Of a DNA stretch of 29,943 nt, positions 17,829 through 27,656 are shown one piece after another (position 1 is the stretch's first letter; each line of letters opens with the position of its first letter). The position numbers and the translations under genes are program-made. Origin of the DNA: a virus (Duplodnaviria; Heunggongvirae; Uroviricota; Caudoviricetes); the IMG/VR virus record IMGVR_UViG_2740892488_000007, one strand, 5' to 3'. Below the pieces are notes generated by a model. It had not been told where the DNA came from, ran no database searches, and saw nothing but the letters and a program-made list of their open reading frames with translations.

Positions 17829-18258
17829 TGCCGTCACGGTACTGAAAACCAGCCCCGAGATGCTGCGGATATTCGTGGATAACGGGAGTATTGCCTCCAC
17901 ACTGGCGACGTCGCTGTCATTCGAAAAGCGTTACACGCTCAATGTCATTGTGACCGACTTTACCGGTGATTTTGACCTGCTCATCGTGCCGGTGCTGGCG
18001 TGGCTGCGGAAAAATCAGCCCGACATCATGACCACCGACGAAGGCCAGAAAAAGGGCTTCACGTTTTATGCAGACATCAACAATGACAGCAGCTTTGATA
18101 TCAGCATCAGCCTGATGCTGACCGAGCGCACGCTGGTCAGTGAGGTTGACGGCGCACTGCATGTGAAGAATATCCCGGAACCTCCGCCGCCAGAGCCGGT
18201 CACCCGCCCGATGGAGCTTTATATCAATGGCGAACTGGTGAGCAAGTGGGATGAATGA
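17791..18258 (+). CDS. R: tail completion protein R
   Basis: 155-aa ORF, same length as P2 R, in R-S-V-W order. Confidence 0.8.
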   Translation: MLKPDSLRRALTDAVTVLKTSPEMLRIFVDNGSIASTLATSLSFEKRYTLNVIVTDFTGDFDLLIVPVLAWLRKNQPDIMTTDEGQKKGFTFYADINNDSSFDISISLMLTERTLVSEVDGALHVKNIPEPPPPEPVTRPMELYINGELVSKWDE

Positions 18259-18704
18259 GTTTAAGCGTTTTGAAGACCGGCTGACCGGACTTATTGAGTC
18301 GCTGTCACCGTCAGGGCGTCGGCGACTGAGTGCCGAACTGGCGAAACGCCTGCGGCAGAGTCAGCAGCGTCGGGTGATGGCACAGAAAGCTCCGGACGGC
18401 ACACCCTATGCGCCACGCCAGCAGCAGAGCGCCAGAAAAAAGACCGGTCGCGTTAAGCGAAAAATGTTTGCGAAACTTATCACCAGTCGTTTTTTTGCAT
18501 ATCCGCGCCAGCCCTGAACAGGCATCAATGGAGTTTTACGGCGGGAAGTCACCGAAAATCGCCAGTGTGCATCAGTTTGGTCTGTCGGAAGAAACCCGGA
18601 AAGACGGTAAGAAAATTGATTATCCTGCGCGTCCTCTGCTCGGCTTTACCGGTGAGGATGTGCAGATGATTGAAGAGATTATCCTGGCTCACCTTGAGCG
18701 TTAG
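18251..18704 (+). CDS. S: tail completion protein S; frame broken at a T7 run
   Basis: Two overlapping ORFs (18251-18517 and 18408-18704). T7 at 18490-18496; with T6 the reading is ...KLITSRFLHIRASPEQASMEFYGG... giving a continuous 150-aa protein, the P2 S length. Confidence 0.8.
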
Positions 18705-18770
18705 TTGTGCCATTCCCGACACCTCATCGTCACATTGCCGCCGGTATGACCCGGCGGCATCCTTCCCGTT

Positions 18771-19406
18771 ATGAACACTCTCGCAAATATTCAGGAACTC
18801 GCGCGCGCACTGCGCAACATGATTCGCACCGGCGTTATCGTCGAAACCGACCTTAACGCCGGTCTCTGCCGTGTGCAGACCGGCGGCATGTGTACCGACT
18901 GGCTGCAGTGGCTGACCCATCGCGCCGGTCGTTCGCGCACATGGTGGGCACCTTCCGTGGGGGAACAGGTGCTGATTCTGTCCGTGGGCGGTGAACTCGA
19001 CACGGCGTTTGTTCTGCCGGGGATTTATTCCGGCGATAATCCCGCACCGTCTGCGTCGGCGGATGCCCTGCATATCCGTTTCCCTGACGGGGCGGTGATT
19101 GAGTATGAACCCGAAACCAGTGCGCTCACGGTAAGCGGAATTAAAACGGCCAGTGTGACGGCTTCTGATTCTGTTACTGCCACGGTGCCGGTGGTCATGG
19201 TGAAAGCGTCAAACCGCATCACCCTGGACACACCGGAGGTGGTCTGCACCAACAGGCTGATTACCGGCACGCTGGAAGTGCAGAAGGGCGGGACGATGCG
19301 CGGCAACATTGAACACACCGGCGGTGAACTCTCATCAAACGGTAAGGTACTGCATACCCATAAACACCCCGGCGACAGCGGCGGCACAACCGGGAGTCCT
19401 TTATGA
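18771..19406 (+). CDS. V: baseplate spike protein V
   Basis: 211-aa ORF, same length as P2 V, with a Gly-rich C-terminal tip (HTHKHPGDSGGTTGSPL). Confidence 0.85.
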   Translation: MNTLANIQELARALRNMIRTGVIVETDLNAGLCRVQTGGMCTDWLQWLTHRAGRSRTWWAPSVGEQVLILSVGGELDTAFVLPGIYSGDNPAPSASADALHIRFPDGAVIEYEPETSALTVSGIKTASVTASDSVTATVPVVMVKASNRITLDTPEVVCTNRLITGTLEVQKGGTMRGNIEHTGGELSSNGKVLHTHKHPGDSGGTTGSPL

Positions 19407-19750
19407 CAGCGCGTTATCTCGGAATGAATCGCAGTGATGGCCTGACTGTCACTGACCTTGAGCATATCAGCCAGAGTATCGGCGATATCCTGCGCACACC
19501 GGTCGGCTCACGGGTGATGCGTCGTGATTACGGCTCGTTGCTGGCGTCAATGATTGACCAGCCGCAGACCCCGGCGCTTGAGTTGCAGATTAAGGTCGCC
19601 TGTTACATGGCGGTGCTGAAATGGGAACCCCGCGTCACCCTGTCATCCGTCACCACTGAGCGCAGTTTTGACGGGCGAATGACGGTCACGTTAACCGGCC
19701 AGCACAACGACACCGGCCAGCCACTTTCGTTAACCATCCCTGTGAGTTGA
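19403..19750 (+). CDS. W: baseplate wedge protein W (gp25-like)
   Basis: 115-aa ORF overlapping the V stop; same length as P2 W. Confidence 0.85.
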   Translation: MTARYLGMNRSDGLTVTDLEHISQSIGDILRTPVGSRVMRRDYGSLLASMIDQPQTPALELQIKVACYMAVLKWEPRVTLSSVTTERSFDGRMTVTLTGQHNDTGQPLSLTIPVS

Positions 19751-19754
19751 AACC

Positions 19755-20663
19755 ATGCCGATTATCGACCTGAACCAGCTACCCGCACCGGATGTGGTCG
19801 AGGAGCTGGACTTTGAAACCATTCTTGCCGAACGCAAGGCGACACTGATTTCCCTTTACCCGGAAGACCAGCAGGAGGCGGTCGCCCGTACCCTGACACT
19901 GGAATCTGAGCCTCTCGTCAAACTGCTGGAGGAAAATGCTTATCGTGAGCTTATCTGGCGTCAGCGTGTGAATGAGGCCGCACGGGCGGTGATGCTGGCC
20001 TGTGCCGCCGGTAATGACCTTGATGTGATTGGTGCCAATTACAACACCACGCGCCTGATTATCACCCCGGCAGATGATTCGACCATCCCGCCGACACCGG
20101 CAGTGATGGAATCTGACACCGATTATCGTCTGCGTATTCAGCAGGCGTTTGAAGGTTTAAGCGTCGCCGGGTCGGTGGGTGCCTATCAGTATCATGGACG
20201 CAGTGCTGACGGGCGTGTCGCGGATATCTCTGTCACCAGTCCGTCTCCGGCCTGTGTCACCATCTCTGTGCTGTCACGTGAAAATAACGGTGTCGCTTCC
20301 GAAGACCTGCTGGCGGTGGTGCGTAACGCCCTTAATGGTGAGGACGTCAGGCCGGTGGCCGACCGCGTGACCGTGCAGTCTGCCGCCATCGTTGAATACC
20401 AGATAAACGCCACGCTTTACCTTTACCCTGGTCCCGAAAGCGAACCCATCCGCGCTGCTGCCGTGAAAAAACTGGAAGCGTACATCACGGCACAGCACCG
20501 GCTGGGGCGCGACATCCGTCTGTCTGCCATTTATGCCGCTTTGCATGTGGAAGGCGTGCAGCGTGTCGAACTGGCTGCACCACTGGCCGACATCGTGCTC
20601 AACAATACGCAGGCGTCTTTCTGTACCGAATACCGCGTTGTGACCGGAGGCTCGGATGAGTGA
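19755..20663 (+). CDS. J: baseplate protein J
   Basis: 302-aa ORF, same length as P2 J. Confidence 0.85.
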   Translation: MPIIDLNQLPAPDVVEELDFETILAERKATLISLYPEDQQEAVARTLTLESEPLVKLLEENAYRELIWRQRVNEAARAVMLACAAGNDLDVIGANYNTTRLIITPADDSTIPPTPAVMESDTDYRLRIQQAFEGLSVAGSVGAYQYHGRSADGRVADISVTSPSPACVTISVLSRENNGVASEDLLAVVRNALNGEDVRPVADRVTVQSAAIVEYQINATLYLYPGPESEPIRAAAVKKLEAYITAQHRLGRDIRLSAIYAALHVEGVQRVELAAPLADIVLNNTQASFCTEYRVVTGGSDE

Positions 20664-21187
20664 TTCGCGCCTGCTGCCGACCGGCTCATCACCGCTTGAG
20701 GTCGCCGCCGCAAAAGCCTGTGCGGAAATTGAAAAAAACGCCGGTCAGTATTCGTGAGCTGTGGAACCCGGACACCTGCCCGGCAAATCTGCTGCCGTGG
20801 CTGGCGTGGGCGTTTTCGGTCGACAGGTGGGATGAAAAGTGGCCGGAAGCGACAAAACGCGCCGTTATCCGCGATGCCTATTTCATCCACTGTCATAAAG
20901 GCACTATCGGCGCAATCCGGCGTGTGGTGGAGCCGCTCGGCTATCTCATTAACGTAAAGGAATGGTGGGAGACAAACGACCCGCCCGGAACCTTTCGCCT
21001 TGATATCGGTGTGCTGGAAAGCGGCATCACGGAGGAGATGTATCTGGAAATGGAACGGCTGATTGCCGATGCCAAACCCGCAAGTCGCCACCTTATCGGT
21101 CTGAACATTATCCAGGACATTCCCGGCTATCTGTATACAGGCGGTGTGGTCTGTGATGGTGATGTTATTACTGTTTATCCCGGATAA
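20656..21187 (+). CDS. I: baseplate protein I; frame broken at an A7 run
   Basis: ATG at 20656 (GGAGG RBS, overlaps the J stop) reads MSDSRLLPTGSSPLEVAAAKACAEIEK, then A7 at 20732-20738 leads to a stop. With A6 the frame joins ...TPVSIRELWNPDT... to give 176 aa, the P2 I length. Confidence 0.8.
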
Positions 21188-21197
21188 GTGAGAAACA

Positions 21198-23817
21198 ATG
21201 AGCACGAAATTTAAAACCGTTATCACTACTGCCGGAGCCGCGAAGCTGGCAGCCGCTACTGTTCCCGGCGGGAAAAAAGTAAACCTGTCTGCAATGGCTG
21301 TGGGTGACGGTAATGGCCAATTGCCGGTGCCGGATGCCGGTCAGACGAAACTGGTGCATGAAGTCTGGCGTCACGCTCTGAATAAAGTCAGTGTGGATAA
21401 CAAGAATAAAAACTATATCGTGGCTGAACTGGTTGTTCCGCCAGAAGTGGGCGGCTTCTGGATGCGTGAGCTTGGTCTGTATGATGATGCCGGAACACTG
21501 ATTGCGGTATCCAACATGGCAGAAAGCTATAAGCCAGAACTGGCTGAAGGCTCCGGACGTGCGCAGACCTGCCGCATGGTTATTATTCTCAGTAACGTGG
21601 CGTCCGTTGAGCTGAGTATTGATGCCAGCACAGTGATGGCGACGCAGGATTACGTCGATGACAAAATCGCAGAGCATGAGCAGTCCCGCCGCCATCCTGA
21701 CGCCACACTGACAGAAAAAGGTTTTACTCAGTTAAGCAGTGCAACAAACAGCACCAGTGAGTCATTGGCGGCAACGCCAAAAGCGGTCAAGGCAGCAAAT
21801 GACAACGCAAATTCACGTCTGGCGAAAAATCAGAATGGTGCAGATATCCAGAATAAATCAGCTTTTCTGGAAAATGTTGGCGTTACCAGCCTGACGTTTA
21901 TGAAAAACAATGGCGAAATGCCGCTTGATGCTGATCTGAATACATTTGGTCCTGTTAAGGCTTATTCAGGTATCTGGTCTAAAGCAACATCCACCAACGC
22001 AACACTGGAGAAAAATTTCCCTGAAGACGGTGCAGTCGGTGTGCTTGAGGTATTCAATGGCGGTAATTTTGCAGGAATGCAGCGTTATACCACCAGAACA
22101 GGCAATGTTTATATGCGCAACCTTTCTGGCACCTGGAATGGCTCAGACGGTCCGTGGAGCTACTGGCGTCAGATTCAGTCAGCAACACGCCCCCTGAGTA
22201 CAACCATTGACCTGAACACGCTCGGAGGCGCAGAGCATCTTGGCTTATGGCGAAACAGTAGTGGCTCTATCGCTTCATTTGACCGCAACTATCCGGAAGA
22301 AGGAAGTTATGGTCAGGGACTCCTTGAAGTTCTTGAAGGTGGTGGGTACTCACGCATGCAACGCTACACGACCCGCCGTGGGGATGTATATGTTCGCTGC
22401 CTTTCTGCTACATGGAATGCAGAGAATCCACAGTGGGAACCGTGGTTAAGAGTCGGTCATCAGTCAGAGAGTCGTTATTACGACGGGGATTTGAATGATG
22501 TGACTTCACCAGGTATTTACAGCGTTACAGGTAAAGCGACCAACGGTCCAATACTGGACGGAAACGGCGTGACAGTCCTCGGGATTCTGGAAGTGTTGAG
22601 GCGCTTTGATGGTGTTAACGTATGGCAGCGTTATACAACTGCCGGAACAGGTGCAACCCTTAAAGGTCGCACGTTTGAGCGCGTCTATACCGGCAGCTCG
22701 TGGAGCGAATGGCGGGAAGTCTACACCTCGTATTCACTTCCCCTGAATCTGGGTATCGGCGGTGCTGTGGCAAAGCTCACCAGCATGGACTGGCAGACCT
22801 ACGACTTTGTGCCGGGCAGTCTGATAACCGTTCGGCTTGATAACATGACCAACATTCCCGACGGTATGGACTGGGGCGTCATTGATGGCAACCTGATAAA
22901 CATCGCAGTGGGTCCGAGTGATGATTCCGGTACGGGGCGCTCAATGCATGTATGGCGCAGCACCGTAAGTAAAGCGAACTACCGCTTTTTTTATGGTGCG
23001 TATTTCAGGAAATCCGGGAAGTCGCACGATCACCACAAGACGTGTGCCAATCATTGACGAAGCCCAGACATGGGCGGCGAAACAAACCTTCAGCGCCGGT
23101 CTTTCAGGCGAACTGTCCGGCAATGCTGCTACAGCAACAAAGCTGAAAACGGCAAGGACAATTAACGGCGTAAAATTTGACGGCTCGGCAAATATTGAAG
23201 CGTTTCCGCCAGGTGTTCCGCTGCCGTGGCCATCAGATACACCACCTGCAGGCTATGCAATTATGCAGGGGCAGACGTTTGATAAGGCTGCATATCCGAA
23301 ACTGGCTATTGCCTATCCTTCTGGTGTTATTCCAGATATGCGCGGCTGGACAATCAAGGGCAAACCCGCCAGTGGGCGTGCCGTATTGTCACAGGAACAG
23401 GACGGGATTAAATCGCATACTCACAGCGCCAGTGCGTCAAATACGGATTTAGGGACGAAAACGACCAGTTCATTTGATTACGGCACGAAGACAGTCAGTA
23501 CGTTTAACTACGGAACAAAAACCACTAATACCACAGGTAACCATACACATACCATTTACAGAGGGAATGCCAATACTAATGGTGAAACCGGTAAAACAGG
23601 CTTTGACAACCCATCGTTTAATGGCACATCAGGAGCTGCCGGGAATCATGCCCACACGGTAGATATTGGCGCACATAATCATACGGTTGGTATTGGTGCA
23701 CATTCACACACGGTTGCTATTGGCTCACACGGGCACTCTATTACCGTTAATGCTACAGGTAATACCGAAAACACCGTCAAAAACATCGCATTTAACTATA
23801 TTGTGAGGCTTGCATAA
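21198..23817 (+). CDS. H: tail fibre protein H; frame broken near a T7 run
   Basis: ORF 21198-23057 (619 aa) and ORF 22993-23817 (274 aa) overlap in different frames. The second frame opens only after a stop at 22966-22968, so the shift lies between 22969 and 23057; T7 at 22986-22992 is the likely site. Fusion gives about 872 aa. The C-terminal part is His-rich with HxH repeats. Confidence 0.75.
23656..23736 (+). repeat. 3 x 27-bp tandem repeat encoding TV(D/G/A)IG(A/S)HxH units in the tail-fibre tip
   Basis: Units at 23656-23682, 23683-23709 and 23710-23736 (ACGGTAGATATTGGCGCACATAATCAT / ACGGTTGGTATTGGTGCACATTCACAC / ACGGTTGCTATTGGCTCACACGGGCAC). Confidence 0.7.
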
Positions 23818-24396
23818 TGGCTTTCAGAATGAGTGCAGAAGCACAAACTATCCACGTATTTAATTTACTTGATGGAACCAATGAATTTATTGGGGAAAGT
23901 GACGCATATATCCCACCGTACACTGGCCTGCCTGCAAACAGTACAGATATTGCACCACCTGATATTCCAGCTGGTTATGCAGCCGTTTTCAATGCAGACG
24001 AAATGAAATGGGAACTGATGGAAGACCATCGCGGAAAGACTGTCTACGAAACGAAAACGGGAGCAGCCATTTATATTTCTGAACTTGGCGTATTACCTCC
24101 AGACGTGACAGCCATTTCCCCGGATGGGGATTATCAGAAATGGAACGGCAATGCGTGGGTGAATGATGAGAATGCAGAGCGTGATGCGCTTGTCAGAGCG
24201 GCGGAGTCTCAGAAGAAAGAGCAGATTGCATATGCAGGTGAAATCATTGCCACGCTGCAGGATGCTGTCGATTTAGATATGGCTACCGAGGAAGAAAAGT
24301 TAAGTCTGACACACTGGAAAAAAATACCGTGTGTTACTGAATCGCGTTCAGCCGGAAAATGCCCCGGATATTGAATGGCCGGAACTACCGCAATAA
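23817..24396 (+). CDS. G: tail fibre assembly protein (Tfa, gpG-like); C-terminus out of frame at an A7 run
   Basis: As written the ORF ends at 24374 with ...[20 protein letters not shown]. With A6 instead of A7 (24318-24324) the end reads ...[26 protein letters not shown], the conserved Tfa C-terminal pattern as I recall it, stopping at 24394-24396. Confidence 0.75.
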
Positions 24397-24528
24397 ACAC
24401 AGGCGGGCTGATTGCCCGCCTTTTCTTTACCGGTGGTTGTGCTGTTGATTAGCCAACCGGGACAAATAGCCTGACATCTCCGGCACAACTGAAAATACCA
24501 CTCACCCATTAACCACGGAGTTAAACGG

Positions 24529-25720
24529 ATGAGTGATTATCATCACGGCGTGCAGGTGCTGGAGATTAACGACGGCACCCGCGTCATTTCCACCGTATCA
24601 ACCGCCATTGTCGGCATGGTCTGCACAGCCAGCGATGCGGATGCGGAAACCTTCCCCCTCAATAAACCGGTGCTGATTACCAATGTGCAGAGCGCAATTG
24701 CAAAGGCCGGTAAAAAAAGGCACGCTGGCGGCGTCGTTGCAGGCCATCGCTGACCAGTCCAAACCGGTCACCGTTGTCGTGCGTGTTGAAGACGGCACAG
24801 GCGACGACGAAGAAACGAAACTCGCGCAGACCGTTTCCAATATCATCGGCACCACCGACGAAAACGGTCAGTACACCGGACTGAAAGCCCTGATGGGGGC
24901 TGAGTCGGTTACCGGCGTTAAACCGCGCATTCTTGGTGTGCCGGGGCTGGACACCAAAGAGGTTGCCGTCGCACTGGCATCGGTATGCCAGGAACTGAAT
25001 GCATTCGGGTATATCAGCGCATGGGGCTGTAAAACCATTTCCGAGGTGAAAGCCTACCGCCAGAATTTCAGCCAGCGTGAGCTGATGGTTATCTGGCCGG
25101 ATTTCCTCGCATGGGATACGGTCACCAGTACCACCGCCACCGCGTATGCCACCGCCCGTGCGCTGGGGCTGCGCGCTAAAATCGACCAGGAGCAGGGCTG
25201 GCATAAAACGCTGTCCAATGTCGGGGTAAACGGTGTTACCGGCATCAGTGCATCTGTATTCTGGGATTTGCAGAAGTCTGGCACTGATGCTGACCTGCTG
25301 AACGAGGCAGGCGTCACAACGCTGGTTCGCCGCGACGGTTTCCGTTTCTGGGGTAACCGTACCTGCTCCGATGACCCACTGTTCCTCTTTGAAAGCTACA
25401 CACGCACTGCGCAGGTACTGGCCGACACGATGGCTGAGGCGCACATGTGGGCTATTGATAAGCCCATCACCGCAACGCTGATTCGCGACATCATTGACGG
25501 CATCAATGCCAAATTCCGCGAACTGAAAAACAACGGTTATATCGTGGATGGCACATGCTGGTTCAGTGAAGAATCCAACGATGCGGAAACCCTCAAGGCC
25601 GGAAAACTGTATATCGACTACGACTATACCCCGGTGCCTCCCCTCGAAAACCTGACCCTGCGCCAGCGTATTACTTCAAGATACCTGGCAAGTCTGGTCA
25701 CCTCGGTTAACAGCAATTAA
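24529..25720 (+). CDS. FI: tail sheath protein FI; frame broken at an A7 run
   Basis: ORFs 24529-24753 and 24683-25720 overlap in different frames. A7 at 24712-24718; with A6 the reading is ...[21 protein letters not shown]... giving a continuous 396-aa protein, the P2 FI length. Confidence 0.8.
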
Positions 25721-25732
25721 GGAGCCTGACCG

Positions 25733-26251
25733 ATGGCAATGCCGCGCAAACTCAAGTTAATGAACGTCTTTCTGAACGGCTACAGCTATCAGGGCGTTGC
25801 AAAGTCCGTCACGCTGCCAAAACTGACCCGTAAGCTCGAAAACTATCGCGGTGCGGGGATGAACGGCAGCGCACCGGTAGACCTCGGCCTTGATGACGAT
25901 GCGCTGTCAATGGAGTGGTCGCTCGGTGGCTTCCCGGATTCGGTTATCTGGGAGCTTTACGCCGCAACCGGCGTGGATGCCGTGCCGATTCGTTTTGCAG
26001 GCTCTTACCAGCGTGACGATACCGGCGAAACGGTGGCCGTCGAAGTGGTCATGCGTGGCCGTCAGAAAGAAATCGACACCGGCGAGGGGAAACAGGGAGA
26101 AGACACCGAGTCGAAAATCTCCGTGGTCTGCACCTATTTCCGGCTGACGATGGACGGTAAGGAGCTGGTCGAAATTGACACCATCAACATGATTGAGAAG
26201 GTGAACGGCGTCGACCGGCTGGAGCAACACCGCCGCAATATCGGCCTGTGA
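25733..26251 (+). CDS. FII: tail tube protein FII
   Basis: 172-aa ORF with AAGGAG RBS; same length as P2 FII, directly after the sheath gene. Confidence 0.85.
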   Translation: MAMPRKLKLMNVFLNGYSYQGVAKSVTLPKLTRKLENYRGAGMNGSAPVDLGLDDDALSMEWSLGGFPDSVIWELYAATGVDAVPIRFAGSYQRDDTGETVAVEVVMRGRQKEIDTGEGKQGEDTESKISVVCTYFRLTMDGKELVEIDTINMIEKVNGVDRLEQHRRNIGL

Positions 26252-26307
26252 TTTTCATCCGGTCAGCCTGGCTGACCGGTTAACCCTGATTCAGAAGTGA
26301 GAAAACC

Positions 26308-26583
26308 ATGAACAAAGAAAATGTGATTACCCTGGACAATCCGGTCAAGCGTGGTGAGCAGGTTATCAAACAGGTCACGCTGATGAAACCTAATGCCGGG
26401 ACGCTTCGCGGTGTCAGTCTGGCTTCGGTCGCACACTCCGAAGTCGATGCACTTATTAAGGTGCTGCCGCGCATGACGGCACCGATGCTGACCGAGCAGG
26501 AAGTCGCCGCGCTGGAACTGCCTGACCTTGTGGAACTGGCCGGTAAGGTGGTCGGTTTTTTGTCGCCGAACTCGGTGCAGTGA
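26308..26583 (+). CDS. E: tail assembly chaperone E (with -1 frameshift extension E' to 26735)
   Basis: 91-aa ORF. Slippery heptamer T TTT TTG at 26556-26562 near its 3' end; the -1 frame stays open to a TAA at 26733-26735. Confidence 0.8.
   Translation: MNKENVITLDNPVKRGEQVIKQVTLMKPNAGTLRGVSLASVAHSEVDALIKVLPRMTAPMLTEQEVAALELPDLVELAGKVVGFLSPNSVQ
26556..26562 (+). other. programmed -1 ribosomal frameshift slippery site (E / E+E')
   Basis: TTTTTTG in X XXY YYZ register relative to the E frame (codons GGT TTT TTG). The -1 frame encodes a further 57 codons ending just before the T start codon. Confidence 0.65.
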
Positions 26584-26727
26584 CGTTTCCGAAAAATCTG
26601 TCGGTAGATGACCTGATGGCGGATGTGGCAGTGATATTTCACTGGCCGCCATCAGAACTGTATCCCATGAGCCTGACCGAACTCATCACATGGCGCGAAA
26701 AGGCGCTCCAGCGAAGCGGAAACACGA

Positions 26728-26838
26728 ATGAGTAACAATGTAAAATTACAGGTATTGCTCAGGGCTGTTGACCAGGCATCCCGCCCGTTTAAATCCATCC
26801 GCACAGCGAGTGCGTATTACCGTGAAGGAGATCGGTGA
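26728..26838 (+). pseudogene. T: tape-measure gene T, 5' fragment only (truncated by IS insertion)
   Basis: ATG at 26728 overlaps the E' stop region, where the tape-measure gene is expected. The ORF stops after 36 codons at 26836-26838, inside the terminal-repeat region of the adjacent IS. No tape-measure-sized ORF follows. Confidence 0.6.
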
Positions 26839-26895
26839 GTAACATCGATGGAGATCGGTTCGTGTCACTTTCACAGAACCGTTTTTAAATTACCT

Positions 26896-27645
26896 TCACT
26901 GATCTCCTTCGGTCAACGGAGATTGTATTTTCCGCATTGATTCTCCTTTAAGTTCGATCTTGATACTGCCATGAACCAGTCGATCTAGGATGGCATCCGC
27001 ATGTGTGGAGTCTCCGATCATTTTGTACCAGTTTTCCACCGGCAACTGGCTCACTACGATGATTGAGCCTCGTTGGTACATCAGATCCACTATTTCCAGC
27101 AGGTCGCTACGCTGTTCTGATGAGAGAGGTTCCAGCCCCCAGTCATCCAGAAGCAGCAGATCGCTATTATTCAGCCTGGTCAAAAGTTTGCTGTATCTTC
27201 CATCAGCATGCCCCTGATAGCACTGTTCCATCAGCGCTTTAAGGCGATAATAGTAGACCTTGTATCCCTGTCGGCAGGCATTATGACCAAGTGCACATGC
27301 CAGGAACGTTTTACCGCTGCCGGTGGCCCCGGTCAGTAAAATATTTTGTTTCAGGGTTAACCAGTTTCCCTGACTGAGTGAACGGATGAGGGCCCTGTCC
27401 AGCCCTCTATTGTTACGATAATCCAGCTTTGATAACTCAGCATTAAGTCTGAACCGTGCATGTTTGATCAGACGCTCTGCCTTCCTGTTTTCACGGCAGG
27501 TTAGTTCTTCTGCTGTCAGTAATGACAGGCGTTCTTCGAAGCCCAGCTCCTGGTATGTGCCCGGTTGAGCAAGTTGCTTTTTAAGCGCATCACGGAAGCC
27601 GGTGAGTTTAAGTGCGGTCAGTTGTTCGTAAAGATGATTCATCAT
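26896..27645 (-). CDS. istB: IS21-family helper ATPase IstB
   Basis: 249 aa with Walker A (LLTGATGSGKTF) and Walker B (LLLLDDWG); immediately downstream of the transposase gene. Confidence 0.85.
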   Translation of the reverse strand: MMNHLYEQLTALKLTGFRDALKKQLAQPGTYQELGFEERLSLLTAEELTCRENRKAERLIKHARFRLNAELSKLDYRNNRGLDRALIRSLSQGNWLTLKQNILLTGATGSGKTFLACALGHNACRQGYKVYYYRLKALMEQCYQGHADGRYSKLLTRLNNSDLLLLDDWGLEPLSSEQRSDLLEIVDLMYQRGSIIVVSQLPVENWYKMIGDSTHADAILDRLVHGSIKIELKGESMRKIQSPLTEGDQ

Positions 27646-27656
27646 TGGATCCCGTA

